Below, in pieces: positions 54,528 through 64,000 of a stretch of 64,000 nt of DNA. Within the stretch, counting starts at the first letter, position 1, and the number at the start of each line of letters is the position of its first letter. The stretch is from Chrysomallon squamiferum (lineage: Eukaryota; Animalia; Mollusca). The notes beneath the pieces were generated by a model, which was not told where the DNA came from, did no database searches, and saw nothing but the letters and a program-made list of their open reading frames with translations. The stretch is from positions 2,418,001 through 2,482,000 of the forward strand of contig CM022665.1 of the NCBI GenBank assembly GCA_012295275.1, written 5' to 3'. A program made the position numbers and the translations under genes.

Positions 54528-54580
54528 CACTCTTCATATTTATTTTGTACATCCACCAAAGAACCCACAGTTTTACTCAT
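54528..54580 (-). CDS. Duplicate first exon copy 2 of the RING gene (MSKTVGSLVDVQNKYEE-W)
   Basis: ATG at 54580, 53 nt, no stop, same TG|GTACTG phase-2 donor as copy 1. Confidence 0.55.
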
Positions 54581-54730
54581 CGTTTCTGTTAATAACCGTC
54601 ACAAAATAAACAATGATCAATATTTACGCGAGCTTTAAACACGTCATCAGATCTCTGTATTTTGATTGGTGTAGACTTCTCTCAACTTTTTGACGTATAA
54701 ATTTGTATATTTATTTATTAACGGTTTTTA

Positions 54731-54785
<55 letters not shown>

Positions 54786-55152
54786 ACAACTAAGCCTTTT
54801 TTTTAAATTTATTTTTGGGGGTTAAAATAATTTTATGTTTACAGTTTATTTATTTATTTTATAATTTTAACTTAAATACCAAAAAGTAAATAAATACTAG
54901 TAAATAAAATAAATATTAATAAACAAATATAATTTTTTTTATAAATTAGTTAAGAAAGTGTTCTAAAACTGATAAAAACAATCACTATAAATCGAGTTGC
55001 CTGAGGCAACTTGCTTAAATTTTTGAATCACACTGACAATTAAGTTGAATAACTGACAACCGTCACAACGTATTATGATTTAAAATTTAGAAACAAAACG
55101 TCGGAATGATTGAAATAGTTTTAAAAAATATATATTTTATACATTACAGTAC

Positions 55153-55205
55153 CACTCTTCATATTTATTTTGCACATCCACCAAAGAACCCACAGTCTCA
55201 TTCAT
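55153..55205 (-). CDS. Duplicate first exon copy 3 of the RING gene (MNETVGSLVDVQNKYEE-W)
   Basis: ATG at 55205, 53 nt, no stop, same TG|GTACTG donor. Confidence 0.55.
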
Positions 55206-55221
55206 CGTTTGTGTTACTATC

Positions 55222-55294
55222 TTGAAAGAAATGCTGACAAACCACCACTTTCGTTGATTGGTTATTAGATACGTTAGACAAGCAAAAGTGAATT
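55222..55294 (+). repeat. 73-bp segment with an inverted near-identical copy at 57505-57577
   Basis: ttgaaagaaatgctgacaaaccaccactttcgttgattggttattagatacgttagacaagcaaaagtgaatt matches the reverse complement of 57505-57577 with one mismatch by eye. Confidence 0.9.
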
Positions 55295-55530
55295 ATCAAT
55301 GTTCGCGCGAGCTCTAAACACGTGATCAGATTTCTGTATTTTTATTGGCGTAGACTTCTCTCAACTTGTTAACGTATAAATTTGTATATTTATTTATTAA
55401 CGTTTTCTTGTATGTGTGTGTTGTTGTTGTTGTTTTGTTTTTTTTGACACATTTTTGGTGAACATCGATATGATTTTAAAAATCTTTATGGTTACTATTA
55501 TTATTATATATGAATTTTTTCATTAATTTC

Positions 55531-55581
<51 letters not shown>

Positions 55582-56283
55582 ACTAAGCTTTTTAAAATTT
55601 ATTTTTGGGGGTTAAAATAATTTATGTTTACAGTTTATTTATTTTTTAATTTTAACTGAAATACATAAAATAAGTACAATTATCAGCGAATCAATGAACG
55701 GTGCTCGTTAAACGTATTTCAAATCCCAACGTTCCGAGATGTTCCGTTAATATTTACGTAATTCAGAGTTCGTCCTCAACTATTTTGATAACATGGCATA
55801 TCGATCTGCTTTATGCAGTGAAGCCCCGAATTTTAATACCAAATGTTTTATTTTATAAATATTATTTAAAAATTAACATTTGGTTTTATTTATTGATCTG
55901 TTTATTTAAATAAAAATAAATCCCAAAATCAACAACAACAAAATAAATGAATGAATAGATAAATAAACAAAAGAAATAAATTTAGACATGAACATTTGTA
56001 TTTCCAAATCATTAGCAGTTAATTTTGGTGCCATGTGAACATTTTCCACTTTTACCACTGCATATTTAGGCATTGTTTCTGACAAAACAAAAGAAACGCA
56101 TAACAATCTACGATTATGAAATAAAGTCACGGGGCTACAACTGGATCTGTCTACTGGATTAAAAAATGGCATCCGTGTAATACATTATTATTGTCATACT
56201 TTATTATTAACAATGTTAGACAGAATGACCGGAATTAATTTCTTATTTTAACAAATCAGCATCAATTCCTGTTAATTCCAGAA

Positions 56284-56506
56284 TCTATATAAATAAAAGC
56301 GAATGGGTATGTTTGTTTGTCCGTGTGTTCGCCAAAAAGAAGTCTGACAAAACAGTCTAAAACGGCGGTTAATGTGACATTGGTGGGGACTGTAATGTCG
56401 ACGATATCCACAATACTGGCAACAACCATGTCAACAATGTCCACTATGTCCGCCAACTCGACCGCAGCCGTCATTAATCAGTTTCCACAAGCTTGCGTTA
56501 TGCTTG
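56284..56506 (+). mobile_element. Possible short non-autonomous Helitron-like element
   Basis: Begins A|TCTATATAAATAAAAGCGAAT...GTATGTTTGTTTGTCCGTGTG (typical non-autonomous Helitron 5' end); GC-richer body; ends with short inverted repeat acaagc..gcttgt and CTTG|T rather than canonical CTRR|T. Confidence 0.4.
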
Positions 56507-57123
56507 TTAATTTAACAATGTAATATGTTTGGTTAGACGAGGTCACATAATAATGTTGCAGCAGCGTGCGTTTATATTCATTCTCAATCAAAGACGAAAT
56601 CATTTCGTTGGACACGTTTCCTTTTTTTATTTTATTCTTCGACTAATAATTAATTGGAAACCAAATATAAATATTATGTCTTTAATGAGCATATTGGTAA
56701 TCTATATAAATTCATTTTTCATGGACAGCTCTACGTTAGATGTTAATTGAAAAGAAAGTATCCATCCTCACTCTCAGTATTCAGTGATCTCAAGACGACT
56801 GTGATAATCATATTTTATAGTTTTTATTGTTTATTCATTAAATAATTATTTTTATTCTAAGCCCTTAGTTATAGTATTATGGTCCGAAAGCGCAGGTAGT
56901 GGAGCATGGCTCTTAAACATAATTACAATAATACGTGTTAAACAGTATCCTGATATCTGATGATAATAATAACACTTTTTAATGTACTGTTTTGGGCAGT
57001 ATTTTACAATTTAACTTCCGGTGGTGACAAAAACGGTGTACATTTCATACTCGTGACACTTACGGTCTACAGGTGTGAACGATTTCATAATAATTCAGAT
57101 GTAATCTTTACCTTTACGAAACT

Positions 57124-58204
57124 ATGAAAAATAAGTTATTAAACGAAGGACCAAGATGGTTAATTTTGGTGTGTATTCTTTATTCTTTCCTTTCTTTCTT
57201 GTTATATATATAATATATATATAAAGAATAATAAGGAAAAAAAAGAAGGAAGTAGTAGTTACTGCTCTAAACTTTAGACTAATGTTTGAAGGGTTTATCT
57301 ATGGTCAGTTATAAAAGAAAGAAGTATATTTATTTATTTATTTATTTATATATAATTTTTGTTTTTGTTTTGTTTTTTGTTGGTAATCTTGCTGTTTAGG
57401 CCTACCACTTGTTTGTTACCAAAAGTCTTATTCAATATTTTTCAACAGTTTATTGATTTACTGCTTGTTCTAAAATTTTAAAAATGTCAGATACAGCTGT
57501 ATAAAATTCACTTTTGCTTGTCAAACGTATCTAATAACCAATCAACGAAAGTGGTGGTTTGTCAGCATTTCTTTCAAACTTTCAAGTTCATTTTTTGTAG
57601 GACACTCAGCAGAACTCCAAATACATGTTATAAGATAGCATTCTTTTTATTGGTTAATAGTCATTGTTTATGTATGTGCGTTATTTGGTAAACCAGCATG
57701 TCTTCATTCATTAATTTTATGATAGATTTACCAAGCCAAATTATGATAAATATGAGTGGTTATTTTGTGAAGCTAAAGGACAATTCAAATACTTATATTT
57801 ATTACATTATTTTTAATTTGAATTTCAGGCAGTATGGTTAATCGTCAACATTGCTCTGTTTGCTGCATCATTTGTACAATACAAGAATGATGACTCATTC
57901 TTCTACTTACGGTTGTTGGTAGGGGTAAGTCTTTTAATGGCAGAATCAGATTTCACAGAATTAAATTTAATTTGTTGTCTATTCTGATTAGAATTCTGTA
58001 AGCCATACTCAGCATTCAAAATAATTTTCTGACAGTATTAGTTATAATAAAAAATAAGCTCTTTATAAAATGTAGGTAATATGTAAATTCTCTTTTAAAA
58101 CTTATGTAAAAGTAAGATAAGATATTTCATTTTTTAATTTATTTATGGGTATACATATATGTATATTTTTTCTTTATTATACTATATTTTATATATATAT
58201 ATAT

Positions 58205-58252
<48 letters not shown>

Positions 58253-59317
58253 TTTAATGTTTTTTTGTTTTTTTAGCAAACCTGATTCTAAACTATAGAT
58301 TTTTTAAATAATTATTTTTACATGAGATATCAAAGAAAAACATTCCTAATGGGAGGGTAGAAATGGAGATAAAAGCAGTATGAAATAAAATGTGAAACTG
58401 TAATTTTCTATGTTTACTTTTGTATACTTCATTACTGAAATATCTCCATGAAAACAGATACAAAATTTATTTGGCACTTACAAATAAAATTTATGTTTTA
58501 AAACATTTATTTACATATGTCCTTTTATGATATTTATGATGAAGTAATGTTTGTCATGTGTTTGTAGTTTTTAGCCCCATATATAAATTGCATTTATGCT
58601 GAATTTAGGTACACAAAGGCAGGTAAATGTACATAATAAAAAGAGAATGTGTGTATTGTTCTTGTTTAGGATGCACTGTCTTGGGCTAGAGCCAGTGCAG
58701 CTTGTCTGAATTTGAACTGCATGCTGTTGTTAGTGCCTGTGTGTCGTAATTTGCTTTCCTTTACCCGAGCAGCCTGTGCTGTGAGTTCATAATTTCTTTT
58801 TCTTTTCCTTTGGAGTAATGAAATAATATTATAATAGTACAACAAAGTCTAGCAATTAAACAGAATAAAAAACTGAATTATGATTCTCAATATGACTGTG
58901 ACAATTATAATATAGGTTTAAAGATAAAATCCAAACTTAAATGAAGCTGACAATATACCGAATATATACAAAATACCTTGAATATTGCCTTTGATGGCAG
59001 AAATTTTATTATTTTAAATAAGTATGTTTATAATATTTTGTTTTACACAGTTAATGATGAAATATGGTTTTCTATTTTCTTGACATAAATTACAATTTTT
59101 AAAGACTGAGTACAAATTGCTATACAACTGTTTGTGTTTCAGAAAATACTGAATACAGGTTTTGTATTAATTTCCCAAAATTTCTTGATGTTTTGCAACA
59201 AATATGTTGGCACATTTGGACACCTTTACTTTAGTATTTTAGCTTTTAACATCTTTCATTATTTTTTTTATTTTTTTATTTTTTGCAATTGTTACAAAGA
59301 AGGGTGTTTAGAAAATA

Positions 59318-59351
<34 letters not shown>

Positions 59352-62300
59352 TTTTTGTTGTTGTTATAGTGATCAGTTTGAAATTCTGTCCAAATAACTG
59401 AGGTCAGTACTTTACAGTGAGTCATTAACATTCATACTTTTATCTAGTTCAGATTCAGGTCACTGTTTGCACAAAGGAATTCTGTCATTGTCTTACAGAC
59501 ATTGTTTTATTGTCTGTGATTTTTAGTGAAATATTTCTGCCACTGCTACTCAGCTGTTAAATAATTAAACCTCTTGCATGATCTTGTTTGAAAGTTGTAT
59601 TCATATTACACAGTACAAGCAGTATCTTAACATCTATTTGCCAGAATAGTTAATGATCAGGCATCAATAAACAGAGATCCATTGCTTTGCTGTTGAGATT
59701 TTGGTGATGTGAAAATGAAAACTGAAATTACATACTAGTTTTACACTAGTGTCAAAACAAGTCTTGCTCCAAAAGACAGTAAAATGGCATTCTGAAAATC
59801 ATCGCAGTTGAAACATGGAATGAATAAATAAATAAATTTTAAAAAATAATAATAATAAAAAAAAAAAAAAAAAAGAAGCAATTGATGTATCATACTTTAC
59901 TCCTATTATATTTGTATAGTATGAAAAACCATAATGAAATGTTTGTTTTTGTTGTTTATGAAACATTTATAGATGTTATAAAATTCATTTCAAACTTTAG
60001 GTATTGCATATTATTTGTCTTGTGCATTTTGTTAATAAGTATCTTTTCACCCTTGTATTGAAAATCTAATATTTGGGCAAACTGAAAGTTGTTAATGTTT
60101 TGTTTTTAAATAGATTATAGTAATTGCTGCTGAAATGCTTGTAAGAGTAGCCACATACTGGTATGTTTATTTGTTTCTCAGAGATGTGGAGCAAGCAGAT
60201 TGTTGGACAAGAATCTCACATATCACAGATACATTGCTTATGCAGTCTGCTTTCATACAGGTAATACTCAGAAGAAAAAAAACAACCCCAAAACCCACAC
60301 CATCATTTAAAAAAAAAAAAAAATTTGATTTTAAATAAATAGCTGCATATTTCTGATAAATTTATATCTAAACATTTTCTATGTGTATTGTAAGGATTAT
60401 AAGAAAAATATTTTCTGGTATTTATTTGACTGAAAACAAACAGTGTCTATATTTGTTTTATTTACAGTTGGTGATTTTTTTTTTGTTGTTGTTTTTTTCC
60501 AAAAATAAGTTCATCATACTACTTGTGATTTAATTTTTTTTTTTTATGCTATTTGTACAGAATAATACAGTTAGTTCCTTTTTAAATGGCTTATTTTTCT
60601 TATCATTTATTTTTTTCTTATTATTATTTTTTATTTAAGTTTTAATTTTATTTATTTATTTATTTTCAGTAATACACATTGCTGCACACTGTGTTAATTT
60701 TGAAGAGCTGTTGGCAGCATATAATGGTTCAAAACCTGCTCAGGCAGTCAGTAACCTTCCAAACATTCCAAATGTTAACCCCATCAGAGATCCCAGTTCT
60801 GTAAGTGAATAGCTTTAGCTGTATGATTCTGTAGTTCTACTGAACTATAATCTATGTTTTAAATACATTAGGTTTGTGTGAAGAGTTCAATAGTTACTTA
60901 AATAATGACATTTTATATACACATTTCTTAAAGAATAGGAAATATTAGATACCAAAAATGATTTTATTAAGAACAAAAGAGATTTCTGTATTAGACGATA
61001 TGTCACTTTATTGATAAATATAAATGTTGTTTTTTTGTTGTTTTTTATGTGTTTGCTTAAAATATGTTTTATAGGCCACAACTCTTGAGTTGTTTAAAAC
61101 TGTGGCTGGTGTTTCTGGAGTTATTGCTACTCTTGCCTTGATACTCATAGTGTCATCATCCACTGAATTCATTAGGTATAAACAGAACACTTACAGATTA
61201 ATCATATTCTCATTAAATACCATTATTTAGTTTCTCAGTTAACTGAACAGGCTGGTTATCAAAAGCTGTATCACATCCTTTTTTGTCTTTGAAAGGTACA
61301 CATAAGTGCACTGCTGTTACTAATGGACAAATGCTACAAGTTTCATTTGATAAAAAAAAAATTGAAAGTTCAAGGTATATAACTAAAAAAAACCCTAAAT
61401 ACTGTTTTTCTAGTTAGAGAGAGGTAGGCACCTCAGACAGTGTTTTTTTATTTTGTTATACAACCTGACATATTGTTTTGGATATAAAATCTTTCAAATT
61501 AATTTATTTCTTCAGATAAGGTCAATTTTTGTTAGTCTTTCAGATAATATGTGTAACATATTTTAATTTAATTTAGCAGATATATTGGTAAAAATTATTT
61601 TGAATCAGTTAAATCATTCAAGATGTAATATATAAATTCTAACCAAATTTAATATCATTAGTAAATCTTATAATATATTCATGTCACTTTTCTAATATTA
61701 AGAAGTAAAACTTTTTTTTTATCATTCTGTGACTGATTTAAATTTATTTATTTTTCAGGCATTCATATTTTGAAGTGTTCTGGTTTACCCATCACCTCTT
61801 TGTCATTTTTTACTTAGCTATTATATTTCATGGAGTTCAGTGAGTTTACTGTTTGAATTGTTATTTACTGTATTTATTGCTAAATGTTCAACTGAAAAGC
61901 ATGAATATAATAAATATATAAATTTAATTCATAAACAAAAATATTAATTAAAATAATGATCCTGTGTATTTTTAAGCAGGATAATAACATTTCTATCAGT
62001 TAAGTTATTAATAAACTGCAGACAAAAGGACTTTGATGTTGATTTAAGACTAACTATATAAACTGAGGAAAAAATAGAGATGACTTAGCAGAGTAAATGT
62101 CAACTAATTGTAGCAAAAAAACTGTTTTGTGTTTACTGCTTACAAATAAATGTTTAAATATTTCACATTAGTTATATTAGTCTGTTTATTTATTTATTTT
62201 ATTGTACTGGTTTTGAAAAAAAAGAAAAGAATGGACGACATGAATAGCTCATCATCCTTTAAAGTTTGACTTTTGTGATTTGTCTTTGTAGAGGTATCAT

Positions 62301-62414
62301 CAGACATCAAATTAATCTTTCCCAACACAACCCAGAAGTCTGTTATACAAAATATGAAAAGTGGGGTAAAGATGTCAACTGCACAGTACCTCAATTTGCT
62401 GGCCAAGGTGCCAA

Positions 62415-62452
<38 letters not shown>

Positions 62453-63797
62453 CCATATATTGTGTGTCATGTGATTGTTTTGGTATTGGATCGTTTAACA
62501 TATAATTTTCAGTGATCTATAAGACAATTTCTTCTATTTTCAGACTTGGCAGTGGGTATTGCTTCCTTTTCTGTTATACCTCATAGAACGTGCAATACGA
62601 TTTTGTCACAGCATGCAAAAAGTTGTTATAACAAAGGTCAGTTATTATATATATAGAAATTATTTGTGTTCTGTTAATGACTAATAACATTTAATTAAAT
62701 ATCCAGAAATAAAATTTAGATTTTCAAGTTAACCTGAGATATCTTTAGGAGAATTTCTACCTCTATATTTTACTTATTTTATATATTTTTGTTTTCAAAT
62801 TAATCTGATGTCTTCAAAGGCAGCCAAATAAATTATTTTAAAAATTAAAAACAAATTGTTAAATCTTCAAACAGGCAATTAAATGGCTGAAATGTTCCAG
62901 TAATTCTTCTGACTGAAAAATAATATGATAGCAGCAGGCTTTCCCTAAATGAGCAGTTTCAGGTACAGCCCAAGTTTTGAAACTGTTGCATTTATAAAGC
63001 CTTGGATTTATTCCCATCCACGATTGACAGCATTCAACTGGACAGGGGTTATTTTTGAGGTCTGGCCTTGTTTTTGCTGAATCAGACCACTTTTCACGTG
63101 TAATGATACTGAATTTTCAGTGTAAGGCTGCCCAGACCTCCTGATGTTCCATCTCGTGGCAGGGTGTATTATCATGACTGATGGATGTGGCACATTAGGG
63201 AGTTGATCCTCACTTTTTCCTTTGTTGTACCATATCATGAGTTATCATTCTGCAAAATACAAATGACCTATACCAAAGAAAAACTTTGCATGATATATAT
63301 GCAATTATGTTGATATATTTAGTTTGATGACATTATTTTGCAATCAGGAAAAAAAAAAAAAAAAAAAAATGTATAATATAACTTCAATGCACATGACCCA
63401 AAAAAGTGTTTTTAAAATTATTTTTGCCTTAGAAATAGTATTTCCTTCCCTAATGACTAGAAAGGTTCAGATTGATCATTCTCAGAGATACTTCAATGCA
63501 ACATCAGTATTTAGTACACTGATCATGACCTCTGAAATTAGAACAGACAGTAGAACATAAATCTGTTTAACTGCAGTTAATCCTATTTGGCTAAAATAAA
63601 TTTTGTAAACTGGCTTTTTGAATTCAACTGAAAATATTTTGTTGTTTTTTCTTATCATGTAGGTGATAAAACATCCTTCCAGAGTGTTTGAGCTGCAAAT
63701 GAAGAAAAGTGGTTTCAAGTCAGAACCTGGTCAGTATGTGTTTATGCAGTGTCCTTGCATTTCTCGTGTGGAATGGCATCCATTTACACTAACTTCA
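57124..63797 (+). CDS. CYBB: NADPH oxidase, NOX1-3/gp91phox (CYBB)-like, 3'-partial; exons 57124-57168, 57829-57924, 58670-58780, 60182-60260, 60670-60800, 61075-61175, 61759-61839, 62292-62415, 62544-62636, 63663-63797
   Basis: [85 protein letters not shown] (four heme-ligating His), [42 protein letters not shown] (FAD motif). No N-terminal EF-hand or peroxidase domain, so not NOX5/DUOX. One-to-one orthology to CYBB versus NOX1/NOX3 is not resolvable. Confidence 0.93.
58207..58248. repeat. (CA)n microsatellite in NOX intron 2
   Basis: Direct reading. Confidence 0.95.
63008..63238 (-). other. 76-codon antisense ORF nested in NOX intron 9, function unknown
   Basis: GC-richer island, balanced amino-acid composition, preceded by a gtattttgcAG acceptor near 63250 on the minus strand. 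Confidence 0.25.
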
Positions 63798-64000
63798 GTA
63801 AGTCATATTTATGTATTTTTCTGTAATTCTGATTGATTGTAATTCTAAACACAAACACATTTATTTATGCTGAATTATTATAAAAATTCCATGAATTTCT
63901 TAAAGTGTAAAGATTACTTTAAAATATAAAAACAAGATAAAACAAGGCCAACTCAAAATAAAACAAAATAAACTGATAAAAATATATGAGATTTACAAAG

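Larger units (their letters stand above)
53573..55665. repeat. Three tandem ~620-790-bp copies containing the promoter, first coding exon and start of intron 1 of the RING gene
   Basis: Near-identical blocks (e.g. tgacaaccgtcacaacgtatt...gaaacaaaacgtcggaatgattgaaatag...cattacagtaccactcttcatatttattttg...gtagacttctctcaact) recur with exon spacings of 720 and 625 bp. Confidence 0.95.

Noticed and set aside
53573-55665. CRISPR-like or satellite interpretation of the repeats
   Set aside because: Eukaryotic context; units are 600-800 bp segmental copies with no short repeat-spacer structure.
56262-56523. ORFs MTAAVELADIVDIVD... and MSVCSPKRSL... as genes
   Set aside because: Explained by a 9-nt periodic tract within a probable repeat element; no splice or domain support.
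63461-63536. C/D snoRNA-like or pre-miRNA-like hairpin (aggtcATGATCA...CTGAacct on the minus strand)
   Set aside because: Box C is imperfect, it is antisense to the host intron, and the hairpin is too interrupted.
1-64000. tRNA, rRNA, snRNA genes, U12-type introns, autonomous transposase or reverse transcriptase ORFs
   Set aside because: None recognised by eye; all introns used in the gene models are GT-AG without the U12 donor consensus. A covariance-model scan would be needed to exclude small RNAs.

Overview
AT-rich, intron-containing animal (invertebrate-like, plausibly lophotrochozoan/mollusc; taxon is inference) genomic DNA with eight genes I could splice together by hand from GT-AG exons. 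They alternate strictly in orientation as four head-to-head pairs: SF3B2(-)/MRPL11(+), RRP36(-)/unknown 114-aa coiled-coil gene(+), SCYL1(-)/BPNT1(+), small RING + TRAF/SIAH-type zinc-finger gene(-)/NOX2(gp91phox)-like NADPH oxidase(+, runs off the right end). The first ~9.5 kb appears to be the 3' end of an unidentified + strand gene, with several candidate alternative terminal exons and a 6/9-nt microexon. The most striking unexplained structure is a tandem triplication (~53.57-55.67 kb) of the promoter plus first coding exon of the RING gene: all three 53-nt first exons are intact and in frame but differ in sequence, as do their E2F/CHR/E-box elements. Several short non-autonomous transposon-like elements and microsatellites are also present. 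Exon boundaries were read manually and could be off by a few bases; no database searches were run.
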